The notes: a model not told the origin generated them from the letters alone. A stretch of DNA of 64,000 bases from Tissierellales bacterium (GCA_030146915.1 JASLAT010000023.1:39183-103182), one strand, 5' to 3'. Positions 1 to 10,329 are shown, counted from the first letter of the stretch. Made by a program: numbers and translations.

Positions 1-543
1 GAAAAATTAGGAAGAAGAAAAGGCGAGCTTATGAGTATGTCCGAATCACAAGGTGGCTATTCAAGGCTAGTATTCTCAATACCAGCTAGAGGGCTTATAG
101 GATATAGACAAGAGTTTTTAACTGATACTAAAGGAAACGGAGTATTAAATTCAGTTTTTGCAGGTTATGAACCTTATAAGGGAGATATACCAAAAAGAAA
201 AACAGGATCCTTAATATCATTTGAAACAGGTGAATCTACTGCATATGGTCTTCATTCTGCTCAAGAAAGAGGTATTTTATTTATTGGACCAGGTGTAAGA
301 GTTTATAAAGGAATGATAGTTGGTGCGAATCCTAAAGGACTGGATATAGATGTAAATATATGTAGAAAAAAACAACAAACCAACGTTAGAGCTTCAGGTT
401 CAGATGATGCTTTAAGATTATCACCAGTTAAGAATCTTTCATTAGAAGAATCTTTAGAGTTTATAGAGTCAGATGAGCTGATAGAGGTTACACCAGAAAA
501 CTTTAGACTTAGAAAGAAAATTTTAACTGGTAAAAGATATTAA
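1..543 (+). CDS. typA: Translational GTPase TypA/BipA, C-terminal fragment (5' end outside window)
   Basis: The frame is open from base 1. The tail ...RLVFSIPARGLIGYRQEFLTDTKGNG...NVRASGSDDALRLSP...ELIEVTPENFRLRK matches the conserved BipA C-terminal domain. Confidence 0.85.
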   Translation, partial: EKLGRRKGELMSMSESQGGYSRLVFSIPARGLIGYRQEFLTDTKGNGVLNSVFAGYEPYKGDIPKRKTGSLISFETGESTAYGLHSAQERGILFIGPGVRVYKGMIVGANPKGLDIDVNICRKKQQTNVRASGSDDALRLSPVKNLSLEESLEFIESDELIEVTPENFRLRKKILTGKRY

Positions 544-562
544 AAAATAAAGAGGTGGTATT

Positions 563-2023
563 ATGACCAAAGCTGTAGATGTACTTTTGTGGTTAATTAG
601 AAATATTATTTGGATAAATATAGGATTAGCTGCCATAGTTGTTTTCTTTGAAAGAAGAAATCCAAAGTCTACTTGGCTTTGGATCATGGTGCTTACTTTT
701 TTACCAGGTATAGGATTCTTACTTTATTTAGTTTTAGGTCAGGATTTATCCAAGAAAAAAATTTTTCAAGAAAAAAGAGTAGAAGATTTATTGATATCAG
801 ATTTAGCTAAATTACAATATAATGATATGTTAAATAATAGATTTGATTATAAAAATATGAGTCACAAGGAATATGAGGACTTGATGAAAATGCACCTAGT
901 TAGCTCTCAGTCTATAGTAACCCAGGACAATAATGTTGAAATTTATTATGAGGGTAAAGAAAAGTTTCAAGCACTTATTGATGCTATAAATGCAGCAGAT
1001 GAATATATTTTATTGCAATATTATATAATAAAGTCTGATTATCTAGGTATGAAAATTATAGATGCTCTGTGTAAAAAAGCAAAAGAGGGTGTAAAAGTTA
1101 AAGTTTTATATGATGGTATGGGTGGGAGAAATTTATCAAGACCGGCTATTAGAAAAATGGAGAATGCAGGGGTAGAGGTAGCAGTATTTTTTCCTCCTTT
1201 TGCATCTAAGTTAACACTTAGAATTAACTATAGAAATCATAGAAAGATATGTGTTATAGATGGTAATATAGGTTTTGTAGGTGGCTTTAATATAGGGGAT
1301 GAATATATAGGTTTATATGAAAAGTTTGGTCATTGGAGAGACACTCATATTAAAATAGAGGGTTCTGCTGTAACATGGTTACAATGGAGATTTTTACTAG
1401 ATTGGAGATTTTCAGTAGAAGAGTTAGACTATGGTATTTTTAAAAGTCATATAAGAGATGATACTAATATGGGAAATGTTGCTATACAAATAGTTTCCTC
1501 AGGTCCTGATTCTAGATGGCCAAGTGTAAAAGATGGGTATCTAAAAATGATATCAGAAGCTAAGGAAAAACTTTACATAGAAACCCCATATTTTATACCG
1601 GACGATGCTATATTAGAGGCCTTACGTGTATCTGCATTAGGAGGAACTGATGTTAGAATTATGATACCTAATAAGCCAGATCATCCTTTTGTATATTGGG
1701 CATCCTTAAGCTATATAGGAGAGTTGTTGAATGCAGGGGTTAGGTGTTATGCTTATGAGAGGGGATTTTTGCATTCAAAAGTTGTTATCATGGATGATGA
1801 GGTATCATCCGTAGGGACAGCTAATATGGATATAAGAAGTTTTGATTTAAACTTTGAAGTTAATGCCTTCCTATATGATAAGGAAACTAACTTTAGATTA
1901 TCAGATAATTTTATAAAAGACATCGAATATTGTAGAGAGATTACCTTGGAAGATTATAATAATAGATCTAGCTTAGTTAAGGTAAAAGAATCTTTCTCTA
2001 GGTTACTGTCTCCAATTTTATAG
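563..2023 (+). CDS. cls: Cardiolipin synthase (two PLD/HKD motifs)
   Basis: Two N-terminal TM helices are present. Two HxKxxxxD motifs are seen (NHRKICVIDG and LHSKVVIMDD). An SD GAGGTGG lies upstream. Confidence 0.9.
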   Translation: MTKAVDVLLWLIRNIIWINIGLAAIVVFFERRNPKSTWLWIMVLTFLPGIGFLLYLVLGQDLSKKKIFQEKRVEDLLISDLAKLQYNDMLNNRFDYKNMSHKEYEDLMKMHLVSSQSIVTQDNNVEIYYEGKEKFQALIDAINAADEYILLQYYIIKSDYLGMKIIDALCKKAKEGVKVKVLYDGMGGRNLSRPAIRKMENAGVEVAVFFPPFASKLTLRINYRNHRKICVIDGNIGFVGGFNIGDEYIGLYEKFGHWRDTHIKIEGSAVTWLQWRFLLDWRFSVEELDYGIFKSHIRDDTNMGNVAIQIVSSGPDSRWPSVKDGYLKMISEAKEKLYIETPYFIPDDAILEALRVSALGGTDVRIMIPNKPDHPFVYWASLSYIGELLNAGVRCYAYERGFLHSKVVIMDDEVSSVGTANMDIRSFDLNFEVNAFLYDKETNFRLSDNFIKDIEYCREITLEDYNNRSSLVKVKESFSRLLSPIL

Positions 2024-2035
2024 GAGGTTATTTGT

Positions 2036-2896
2036 ATGAAGGTAAAAATATTAACAGATAGTGGTTGTGATATATCAGAAGAAATTCTGAAAAAATATGA
2101 TATAGATGTTATGGCTCTAAATGTATTAGACGGAGATTTAGAGTATTTAGATAAAGAGACTATTAAGCCTCGGGATTTGTATAAAGGTATGAGAGAAGGG
2201 AAGCTTTATCAAACTTCTCAAGTTTCTCCGGAAATTATATGGAAAACTTTCGAAAAGTATGCTAAAATGGATAAAAATCTTATATATATATGCTTTTCTT
2301 CGGGTTTATCAGGTCAATATCAAACTGCAAATTTAATATATGAAGAAATAAAAAATAAGTATCCAGATTTTAAACTTAAGATAATAGATTCTAAAGCAGC
2401 ATCTATTGGAATGGGTCTTATGGTAGAAAAAGCAGGAAAAATGGCTTATTTAAACAAAAAACAAGAAGATATAGTTAAAATGTTAGAGTTTTATATAAAA
2501 AATATGGTGCATATTATATTAGTAGATAATATGAACTATCTATATAGAGGTGGCAGAATTAATAAGGTACAGGCATTAGCTGGTAATTTACTAAGTGTTA
2601 AACCCATCTTAACGATTGACTCAAGTGGTAAATTAGAGTATATAGATAAGGTTAGAGGTAGAAAAAAACTATTTAAAAAAGTTAATGAACTTATAAAAGA
2701 ATATTCGGATATATCAGAGCAAAAAGTAGGCTTAGTTTGTGGAGATAATGAAGATTTAGCAGAAGATTTTATTGAACTATTAATGAAATTCAATCCTAGT
2801 TCAATAGAAAAAGAGTTAATAGGTGCTTCTGTATCAGCTCACACAGGACCTGATATGATAGGTATTACTTTTTTAAAAAATAATTATACATGTTAA
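2036..2896 (+). CDS. DegV family fatty-acid-binding protein
   Basis: N-terminus is MKVKILTDSGCDI, with a typical DegV length and layout. An SD AGGAGG lies upstream. Confidence 0.85.
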   Translation: MKVKILTDSGCDISEEILKKYDIDVMALNVLDGDLEYLDKETIKPRDLYKGMREGKLYQTSQVSPEIIWKTFEKYAKMDKNLIYICFSSGLSGQYQTANLIYEEIKNKYPDFKLKIIDSKAASIGMGLMVEKAGKMAYLNKKQEDIVKMLEFYIKNMVHIILVDNMNYLYRGGRINKVQALAGNLLSVKPILTIDSSGKLEYIDKVRGRKKLFKKVNELIKEYSDISEQKVGLVCGDNEDLAEDFIELLMKFNPSSIEKELIGASVSAHTGPDMIGITFLKNNYTC

Positions 2897-2924
2897 GTTG
2901 AAACTATATTTTAATCATATGTAG

Positions 2925-2955
2925 CCCCATAGTAAGTTAGAATCTTACTATGGGG
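2925..2955 (+). terminator. Terminator-like hairpin after the degV-family gene
   Basis: A 12-bp perfect stem ccccatagtaag/cttactatgggg has a 7-nt loop. The U-tract is weak (taaaatt). Confidence 0.55.
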
Positions 2956-3037
2956 TAAAATTATATATAAAACTATATATATAATTTTATATATCATATA
3001 TAATTTAAGATAATAGAGTAAGTATTAAATAAAGGAG

Positions 3038-3775
3038 ATGATTTTAGTGAAAAATATTGCAGCTTTTTTTGATATCGATGGTACTATATTTAGAAATTCT
3101 TTGATGATAGAACATTTTAAAAAGTTGATTAAATATGAAGTTATAAATCCAGCTATATGGTATGCCGAGGTTAAACCTGTATATGAAGATTGGTATGCTA
3201 GATATGGCGAATATGAAGAATATTTAGAGCTTCTAGCTGGAGTTTATATAGATGAATTGAGAGGAGTAGATCAGTCATATATAGAGTTTATATCAAATCA
3301 AGTTATAAATGTAGAAGGGGATATGGTTTATAAATATTCTAGAGATAGAATTAAGTGGCATTTAAATCAAGGGCATAAAGTATTTTTTATATCAGGGAGT
3401 CCAGAGTTTTTAGTTAAGAAGATGGCAGAGAAGTATAAAGCTACAGATTACAAAGGGACGCATTATTTTGTGGATGAAAATAATAGATTTACAGGTGAAA
3501 TAGAAAGAATGTGGGATTCGGAAAGTAAGCAAAAGACTTTAAATAATCTTATAGATAAATATGAGGTTGATTTGGAAGGAAGTTATGCTTATGGGGATAC
3601 AACAGGTGATTTATCAATGCTAAAAATGGTAGGAAATCCAATAGCTATAAATCCTAATAAACCATTATTATTAGCAATTAAAGAGGATAATTATTTATCA
3701 AATAATGCAGATATAATAATTGAAAGAAAGAATGTAATTTATAAGTTAGATTCAAGTGTAGATATAATAGATTAA
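3038..3775 (+). CDS. HAD-IB family hydrolase (SerB-like)
   Basis: DxDGT motif (FFDIDGTIF), a later GDTTGDL motif and a cap domain in between are typical of HAD subfamily IB. Confidence 0.7.
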   Translation: MILVKNIAAFFDIDGTIFRNSLMIEHFKKLIKYEVINPAIWYAEVKPVYEDWYARYGEYEEYLELLAGVYIDELRGVDQSYIEFISNQVINVEGDMVYKYSRDRIKWHLNQGHKVFFISGSPEFLVKKMAEKYKATDYKGTHYFVDENNRFTGEIERMWDSESKQKTLNNLIDKYEVDLEGSYAYGDTTGDLSMLKMVGNPIAINPNKPLLLAIKEDNYLSNNADIIIERKNVIYKLDSSVDIID

Positions 3776-3797
3776 GCTAGGTGTTAACCTAGCTTAA
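3772..3797. terminator. Shared hairpin between convergent genes
   Basis: A 10-bp stem ttaagctagg/cctagcttaa is present. The TAA stop of the HAD gene (3773-3775) and the TAG stop of the helicase gene (3789-3791, - strand) both lie inside the arms. Confidence 0.6.
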
Positions 3798-5624
3798 CTC
3801 TTTTATAAATCTAGATGGTAATATTCTCTCATTTTCTACTTTGTCAAATATAAATAGAGTTAAGAAAAACTTAGCCCTTGTTAAGGCTACATAAAACAAT
3901 CTTCTCTCTTCTTCGAACTCATCATAGATACCTTGGTCTAAACTTCTAATACTTGAACCAGAAGGAAACTCTTCATCTATTAAATCAATTAGATATACTC
4001 TATCAAACTCCAATCCTTTAGCAGAATGAATAGTAGTAAGTGTTAAGCTTGAATTCATATTATTATTTTTGCATAAATTTTTTAAAGTTAATAATCTATC
4101 CTTAAAATCTTCTAATGATTCTGTTCCTTTTGCAATTAATTCTATATAATCTAATATAAGCAATAAAGACTTATAATTATAGTTAAAAAGCTCACATTGG
4201 TCTTTTAGTCTATTAACATATTCTAGATTATATTTAATATAATCTATAGCAAGGCTAGGTTTTAAAGATGAAAGTTTTTTAAAATCCAATTCTAATTCAT
4301 TTAAATTTTTTAATTGATAGTTTTTTAATCCGGGATATTGTTTCATTCTTTTAAAAACACAGGTTTCAGAATTTAGCTTAGCTGCAAAATTAACTTGATT
4401 TCTCGAAATATACCCTTTCTTTTTATAAAAAATTCTATCATAGAGTTTCAGATTACTAGTATCTTGGGCAAATCTTAAGATATTTAAAATATCATATACT
4501 ACCCAATGGTTAAAAAATTTTAAATTCTTATCTTTAATATTGAAATCAATATTTTCTCTTTCAAGCCTATCAATAAGACCAATAGCTGAGATATTATTTC
4601 TAAATAATACGGCAGAGCTACCATTAGAGTGTTTTTTTAAATTTTTTATTATATAATCATACTGATCCTCTACTCTACTAACTCTAACTATAGAGACAGG
4701 TTCTAAATAGTCATTATTTGTAAAAATTTTCTTATTAAACCTTTTAGAATTATTTTTAATTAAATTATTAGAGGCTTTTACAATGTTTTTACTGGATCTA
4801 AAATTCTCTTGCATAAAAAATATTTTTGCATTTTCAAAACTATTTTTAAAATCCATTAAACCTTGTGGATAGGCTCCTCTGAAACCATAAATAGACTGAT
4901 CATCATCAGCTACTATAAAAAGATTATTATGTTTTTTTGCTAAAAGTTTAATGATCTCTAGCTGAATTTTAGAAGTGTCTTGTCCTTCATCTAACTGTAT
5001 GAAATCATATTTATTTTGATAAAAATTGAGAATTTCATCTTTGTTTTTTAAAATTTTATAACTAAGTGTCAACATATCATCAAAATCTATATAATTATTA
5101 GATTCTTTAAACTCTTCATAATCTTTAAAGATATGATCTAATTTTGCAATATCAAACTTATCTAAAATGCTTGTAGAAGCCATCATATTTTTTACATAAC
5201 CAATTGCATTTATAATAGTATCCATCTTATCCTCAGATAGAAAGCTTGAGTTATATTTATAATAAATTTCTTTTAAAATAGAGTACTTATTAACTGGGTC
5301 TTTAAAATCTTCTATTAACTTATAGCTTTTTCCCATATGTCTAGCATAATCTCTAACAATAAAAAAAGCAAAGCTATGAATTGTAGAAAATTGAACATGA
5401 CCGGTTAACTGTGGAAAGCTAGAGTTGAAACGATTTTTCATATCCATAGCAGATGCCCTACTAAATGTAATAGATAAGATTCTATTAGGATTTATTTTAT
5501 GATTTTTAATTAAATTTTTAATTCTATGTAGTAAAACTGTAGTTTTTCCAGCACCTGGTACTGCTAAGACTAAGGCAGGGCCTAAATAGTGTTTTACTGC
5601 TTGTTGCTGCTCTTTATTTAACAA
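3789..5624 (-). CDS. UvrD/Rep/PcrA-type SF1 DNA helicase
   Basis: Walker A AVPGAGKTTV, DEGQD (motif II), ADDDQSIYGFRGA (III), ENFRSS (IV), TIHSAKGLEFDRV (V) and VALTRAK (VI) are all present. Confidence 0.8.
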   Translation of the reverse strand: MLNKEQQQAVKHYLGPALVLAVPGAGKTTVLLHRIKNLIKNHKINPNRILSITFSRASAMDMKNRFNSSFPQLTGHVQFSTIHSFAFFIVRDYARHMGKSYKLIEDFKDPVNKYSILKEIYYKYNSSFLSEDKMDTIINAIGYVKNMMASTSILDKFDIAKLDHIFKDYEEFKESNNYIDFDDMLTLSYKILKNKDEILNFYQNKYDFIQLDEGQDTSKIQLEIIKLLAKKHNNLFIVADDDQSIYGFRGAYPQGLMDFKNSFENAKIFFMQENFRSSKNIVKASNNLIKNNSKRFNKKIFTNNDYLEPVSIVRVSRVEDQYDYIIKNLKKHSNGSSAVLFRNNISAIGLIDRLERENIDFNIKDKNLKFFNHWVVYDILNILRFAQDTSNLKLYDRIFYKKKGYISRNQVNFAAKLNSETCVFKRMKQYPGLKNYQLKNLNELELDFKKLSSLKPSLAIDYIKYNLEYVNRLKDQCELFNYNYKSLLLILDYIELIAKGTESLEDFKDRLLTLKNLCKNNNMNSSLTLTTIHSAKGLEFDRVYLIDLIDEEFPSGSSIRSLDQGIYDEFEEERRLFYVALTRAKFFLTLFIFDKVENERILPSRFIKELS

Positions 5625-5731
5625 TACTACACACCCCTTTTATATCTATAGCCTATAATAACATAAAATCTATTATTTGTATTACTTATATATGTTATAA
5701 TATATATGAATATTAAATGGGAGGTATTTTT

Positions 5732-6523
5732 ATGCTAATGACAAACTTTTTAACAAACCGTAAATCGGTTAGGGAGTTTAAAGAAAAAGAATTGAACCTA
5801 GATACTCTTAATGAGATAAAGGCTACATTAAGCTCATTAGAAAGGGAAGCGAAGGAAGGAGATATAGAGTTTAGGTTATATGAGAATGGACAGGCTCTAT
5901 ATGATGGATTTAAAGAAACTGGTGGGTATGCTGGAATGATGATAGACAGTCCTCACTATATACTTTTAAAAACTAGCGATGATAAGATAAGTCAAATATA
6001 TGGAGCTTATTATACAGAAAAACTAATCACAGAGTTACATAATTTATCTTTAGGAACTTGTTGGGTAACTTTAAGTGATGTTGCAGTAGATAAGAGGGCT
6101 GAAGTTTTAGGAGAAGAGTATAAAACAGTAGAGTACATCTTAGCTATAGGTGAAATTAAACCTAGAAATCCTTTTGAAAAAGAAACATTTAGTGAAAGAA
6201 AAGAAGTTTCAGAGTTAGTTTTTGAAGAAGAGTTAGGAAATAAAGTCGATCCAACTACTTTAGAATATAGAGGCTTATCTGATCTATTTTACTATTTAAG
6301 ATTTGCTCCTTCTGCTAAAAACTTGCAACCATGGAGATTTTTATTAAAAGGAAATAAAGTGTACCTTTATCTAGAAAAAGAAAATGTAAACTTAATGGAT
6401 GCTGGTATTATTATGTATTACTTTGAAGAATTAGCAAAGATGATAGGGATTGAAAGTTCATGGAAGCTACTAGATTTTGAAGAAGAAAGTGAATATGTTA
6501 AAATAGCAGAAATAGAGTTATAG
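5732..6523 (+). CDS. Nitroreductase family protein
   Basis: NRKSVREFK motif near the N-terminus and SAKNLQPWRF later. The ATG at 5732 follows SD GGGAGG (5719-5724); the ORF-track ATG at 5717 overlaps that SD. Confidence 0.7.
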   Translation: MLMTNFLTNRKSVREFKEKELNLDTLNEIKATLSSLEREAKEGDIEFRLYENGQALYDGFKETGGYAGMMIDSPHYILLKTSDDKISQIYGAYYTEKLITELHNLSLGTCWVTLSDVAVDKRAEVLGEEYKTVEYILAIGEIKPRNPFEKETFSERKEVSELVFEEELGNKVDPTTLEYRGLSDLFYYLRFAPSAKNLQPWRFLLKGNKVYLYLEKENVNLMDAGIIMYYFEELAKMIGIESSWKLLDFEEESEYVKIAEIEL

Positions 6524-6548
6524 TATAAAGTAAATAGTTATAGTTAAA

Positions 6549-6587
6549 GGAAAAGGAAGGTGAATTAACCCTCCTTTTCTTTTTTAT
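6549..6587 (+). terminator. Intrinsic terminator after the nitroreductase gene
   Basis: Stem gaaaaggaagg/cctccttttc is followed by tttttt. Confidence 0.8.
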
Positions 6588-6649
6588 ATAGTAATAAAAT
6601 TTAAGATAACTAATCCTATACTTAAGCTCAACTATTGGTTTATATATCC

Positions 6650-6713
6650 TTGACAAAAGAGATATAAAGTAATAGTATTATAGTTGAACATATGAACCAA
6701 TAATCATATGTAC
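6650..6713 (+). promoter_or_regulatory. Candidate sigma-A promoter plus palindromic operator upstream of the P1B ATPase
   Basis: TTGACA (6650-6655), a 17-nt spacer, then TAGTAT (6673-6678). Just downstream is the inverted repeat ACATATGA-N8-TCATATGT (6688-6711). Confidence 0.5.
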
Positions 6714-6742
6714 ATATAAAAATGGTAAATAGGAGGGGTTAA

Positions 6743-7438
6743 ATGAATATAGAGTTAGAATTAAATGGCTTAAATTGCACAAGTTGTGCTGATAAAATAG
6801 AGTCTTTATCTAATAAATTATCAGGAGTACAAAGTTCAAGTTTTAATTTTGTTACAAAAAAACTTGATGTTATAATAAATGATAGCTCTCAATATGAAAT
6901 TATCACTAAAGAGATTATTGACATAGTAAAGGATTTAGAACCAGAGGTTGATGTAGTTGATCTTACCAAAAAACCAAATAAGATGGAGTTAGAATTAAAT
7001 GGTTTGAATTGTTCTGATTGTGCTAGAAATATAGAGGATACTGTTCAAGGATTACAGGAAGTAGAATCTTTAAGTTTTAACTTTGTTACAAAAAAACTAA
7101 TTGTATTTTTATCAAAAAATGCAAATTATGAGAAATTATATAATGAAATAGTTTCTATAGTTAACAGATTAGAACCTGATGTAGATATTATTGACCTTAA
7201 TGAGTCTTATAATATAAAAACTTTAAATTTAAAGCTTAGAGGTTTAGACTGTGTTGATTGTGCAAAAAACATAGAAAAGTTTACAAAAAGTCTTAAGGGA
7301 GTAGAGGATGCACAATTTAATTTTGTTAATTCTATATATACGGTGAAATTAAGAGAAGAAATAAATGTTTCAGAAGTAAAGATGGAAGTAGAAGATATTA
7401 TTAATACTATTGAACCAGGTGTAGAGATAATAGATATG
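6743..7438 (+). repeat. Intragenic tandem triplication of an HMA metal-binding domain
   Basis: Units lie at about 6743-6967, 6983-7201 and 7214-7438. Each has LxLxGLxCxxCAxxIE ... FNFV ... EPxV(D/E)(V/I)(V/I)D. Confidence 0.85.
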
Positions 7439-9325
7439 GGCAGCGGTAAATTAGAAAAAGAAAATATATCGGACAAGACAAGCAAGATAGATAAAAGACA
7501 AGTATTAACTATAATTTCTTCTGCAGTTTTAGCATCTATTCCTTGGTTATTTGGGTTTAGCGGTAAAATTAGATTTTTGTTTTATTTTTTATCATATCTA
7601 ATTATAGGGAATAAAATAATAAAACAAGCTTTTAATAACATAAAAGCAGGATTATGGTTTGATGAAAACTTTCTAATGACTATAGCAACTATAAGCGCTT
7701 TTATAATTGGAGAGTATCCAGAGGCTGTTATGGTAATGTTACTTTATCAAATAGGAGAAACACTACAAGGTATGGCAGTAAATCATTCAAGAGACTCTAT
7801 AACTGCCTTAATGGATATAAGACCAGATTCTGTAAACTTAGAAAAGCAAGGCGAGGTCGTAGTAGTAGACCCTAGTGAAGTTTCTATAGGGGATATAATT
7901 GTTGTTAGGCCCGGAGAAAAGGTAGCTTTAGATGGAATTATAATAGAAGGTAGTTCTTCATTAGATACTTCAAATATTACTGGAGAGTCTGTACCAAGAA
8001 AGGTAGTTGAGGGTGAAGAGGTTTTATCAGGTGTAGTTAATTTACAAGGACTTCTTAGAATTAAAGTTATGAAAAATTTTGGAGAATCTACTATTTCAAA
8101 GATACTAGATTTAGTAGAAAATGCATCTAGTAAAAAGGCAGAGACAGAGAATTTTATTACCAAATTTTCTAGATATTATACTCCAATAGTTGTATTTATA
8201 GCTATAGCTTTAGCATTTATACCTCCTTTGTTGGGTTATGGACATATTAAAGATTGGTTATATAATGCTTCTATATTCTTAGTAATTTCATGTCCGTGTG
8301 CTTTAGTTATATCAGTACCCTTAGGATTTTTTGGAGGTTTAGGAGCAGCATCTAAATCTGGTATACTTGTAAAAGGTGGAAATTATTTAGAGGCCTTAGC
8401 TGATGTAGATACTGTTGTATTTGATAAGACGGGGACAGTGACAGAGGGTATTTTTGATGTTACAGATATTGAAATTTATGGTTCTTATTCTGAGGATGAA
8501 GTTATAAAAATAGCAGCACATGGAGAGGCATTTTCAAATCATCCAATAGCTAAGTCAATAGTTAATAAATATGAAGATAATATTAACAATGATATTATAT
8601 CTAATTATGAAGAAATAGCTGGAAAAGGCATTAGTGTAGACATTGACCAAAAGAAAGTTTTACTTGGAAATTATAAACTAATGAGAGATTTAAAGGTAGA
8701 CTATAAAAAGTCCAATAGATTGGGAAGTCTAGTATATGTTGCTATAGATGGAGAACATATTGCGACTATAGTTGTTTCTGATAAAATAAAAGAAACTGCA
8801 TATAGAGACTTGCAAGATTTAAAGAAAGTAGGGGTTAACAATACTATAATGCTATCTGGTGATAAGATAGAAACAGTTGAAGAGGTTGCTAAACTACTAA
8901 AAATAGATAAGGCTTATGGCGAGTTATTACCACAAGATAAAGTTACTATGTTTGAAGATATAATAATTCATAAATCACAAAAGTCAAAAGTAGCTTTTGT
9001 TGGTGATGGGGTTAATGATGCCCCAGTTTTAGCTAGAGCGGATGTAGGTATAGCGATGGGAGGATTAGGATCAGATGCTGCTATTGAAGCTTCTGATATA
9101 GTTATAATGACAGATGATATAGGAAAGATTGCCAGTGGAATAAAAATAGGAAGGAATACTAGAAAAATAGTAATTCAAAATATATCCTTAGCCCTAGGAG
9201 TAAAGTTAATAGTATTAACTTTAGGTGCATTTGGACAGGCTACTATGTGGCAAGCAGTTTTCGCAGATGTTGGAGTTTCAATAATAGCCATTTTAAATTC
9301 TATTAGAGCATTAAAATTAAAATAA
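6743..9325 (+). CDS. Heavy-metal translocating P1B-type ATPase, Zn/Cd/Pb-like, with three N-terminal HMA domains
   Basis: Three GLxCxxC HMA motifs, TM6 SCPCALV, DKTGT, GDGVNDAP, TM7 Lys (GVKL) and TM8 FADVG are present. These signatures are typical of the ZntA/CadA subgroup. Confidence 0.9.
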   Translation: MNIELELNGLNCTSCADKIESLSNKLSGVQSSSFNFVTKKLDVIINDSSQYEIITKEIIDIVKDLEPEVDVVDLTKKPNKMELELNGLNCSDCARNIEDTVQGLQEVESLSFNFVTKKLIVFLSKNANYEKLYNEIVSIVNRLEPDVDIIDLNESYNIKTLNLKLRGLDCVDCAKNIEKFTKSLKGVEDAQFNFVNSIYTVKLREEINVSEVKMEVEDIINTIEPGVEIIDMGSGKLEKENISDKTSKIDKRQVLTIISSAVLASIPWLFGFSGKIRFLFYFLSYLIIGNKIIKQAFNNIKAGLWFDENFLMTIATISAFIIGEYPEAVMVMLLYQIGETLQGMAVNHSRDSITALMDIRPDSVNLEKQGEVVVVDPSEVSIGDIIVVRPGEKVALDGIIIEGSSSLDTSNITGESVPRKVVEGEEVLSGVVNLQGLLRIKVMKNFGESTISKILDLVENASSKKAETENFITKFSRYYTPIVVFIAIALAFIPPLLGYGHIKDWLYNASIFLVISCPCALVISVPLGFFGGLGAASKSGILVKGGNYLEALADVDTVVFDKTGTVTEGIFDVTDIEIYGSYSEDEVIKIAAHGEAFSNHPIAKSIVNKYEDNINNDIISNYEEIAGKGISVDIDQKKVLLGNYKLMRDLKVDYKKSNRLGSLVYVAIDGEHIATIVVSDKIKETAYRDLQDLKKVGVNNTIMLSGDKIETVEEVAKLLKIDKAYGELLPQDKVTMFEDIIIHKSQKSKVAFVGDGVNDAPVLARADVGIAMGGLGSDAAIEASDIVIMTDDIGKIASGIKIGRNTRKIVIQNISLALGVKLIVLTLGAFGQATMWQAVFADVGVSIIAILNSIRALKLK

Positions 9326-9335
9326 TAAAATGTAT

Positions 9336-9363
9336 AAAAAGTAGAGCTAAGCTCTACTTTTTT
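9336..9363 (+). terminator. Intrinsic terminator after the ATPase gene
   Basis: aaaaagtagagc-taa-gctctacttttt with a T-run. Confidence 0.9.
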
Positions 9364-9402
9364 ACTTATAAAATATGATATAGTTATAGTGGAGTGATTG
9401 TG

Positions 9403-10314
9403 ATGAATTACGAAAATAGAAAAAATAATTATATTATATTAGCTGAAGAATTTCATTTATCAGGTGATAAATACAAGGCTTTAAAGAAGTATAAACAAGC
9501 TCTAAAATTTAGTAAAGATAAAGATAGTAAAATTTTAATACTTTTCAGAGTTGCACTTTTAAAGGATGAACTTTCTTATTATTACGATGCTGTAGAATAT
9601 TATGATAAGATTTTAGAACTTGATAGTAATCAACCAGGTGCTTATTATGGGAAAGCAATAGCTTTTGAAGAGCTATTAAATTATGATGAGGCTATATATA
9701 ATTATAAAAAGGCTATAAAGTTGAATAATAAATATGACAGAGCATATTTTTATTTAGCTAATTTATATGATAAAATGGGAAACTTAGATAAAGCTATAGA
9801 ATACTATTTAAAAGTTATAAATTTAGTTGATGATAATATAGCTTATAATAATATAGCTGGAATATTTGAAGAGTTGGGACTTATAAATACTTCTATGTAT
9901 TTTGTAAATCAGTCTTTAAATATTGATGATTCATATTATAAGGCTTTATATAACAAAGGTGTCCTTTTATATAGTTTAAATAAACCCAAAAGTAGTATTT
10001 TATATTATAAGAAAGCTATGAGGGTTAATCCAAACTTTCTAAATATATATTTAAATCTTTCTGAAATATATTTAGATTTAGGAGATTATGTTGAGGCTAT
10101 TGATATTACTAGCAAGGGTTTACAGTTGGAGAAAAATGAAGATTTATATTATAATAGGGCTTGCGCCTATACAGCTTTAAAGAACTATGACTTAGCTCTA
10201 GAAGATCTAAAGACTAGTATAGACTTAAATGAAGATATAAAAATCTATGCTAAATCAGATGTAGATTTACTGGAGTTAAAAAAGCTAGATGAGTTTGAAA
10301 AGATTATAAAATAA
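9403..10314 (+). CDS. Tetratricopeptide (TPR) repeat protein
   Basis: Repeated 34-aa units with A/Y/N patterns (AYYGKAIAFEEL..YDEAIYNYKKAIKLNP-like). The start could be 9394, 9400 or 9403. Confidence 0.7.
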   Translation: MNYENRKNNYIILAEEFHLSGDKYKALKKYKQALKFSKDKDSKILILFRVALLKDELSYYYDAVEYYDKILELDSNQPGAYYGKAIAFEELLNYDEAIYNYKKAIKLNNKYDRAYFYLANLYDKMGNLDKAIEYYLKVINLVDDNIAYNNIAGIFEELGLINTSMYFVNQSLNIDDSYYKALYNKGVLLYSLNKPKSSILYYKKAMRVNPNFLNIYLNLSEIYLDLGDYVEAIDITSKGLQLEKNEDLYYNRACAYTALKNYDLALEDLKTSIDLNEDIKIYAKSDVDLLELKKLDEFEKIIK

Positions 10315-10329
10315 TAGAGGAGAGATTAT

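Noticed and set aside
2957-2988. Perfect 13-bp AT-only inverted repeat (aaaattatatata ... tatatataatttt) upstream of the HAD-IB gene.
   Set aside because: It is composed only of A/T in a genome where such palindromes arise easily. It overlaps the likely -10 region, and nothing indicates a specific regulator.
3789-5624. Stand-alone UvrD-like helicase considered as part of a defence system (Gabija GajB-like, Hachiman-like and similar).
   Set aside because: No partner gene (OLD-family ATPase/nuclease, HamA-like protein, methylase or nuclease) is adjacent. The neighbours are a HAD hydrolase and a nitroreductase with separate promoters and terminators. All seven SF1 motifs are intact, consistent with a housekeeping PcrA/UvrD paralogue.
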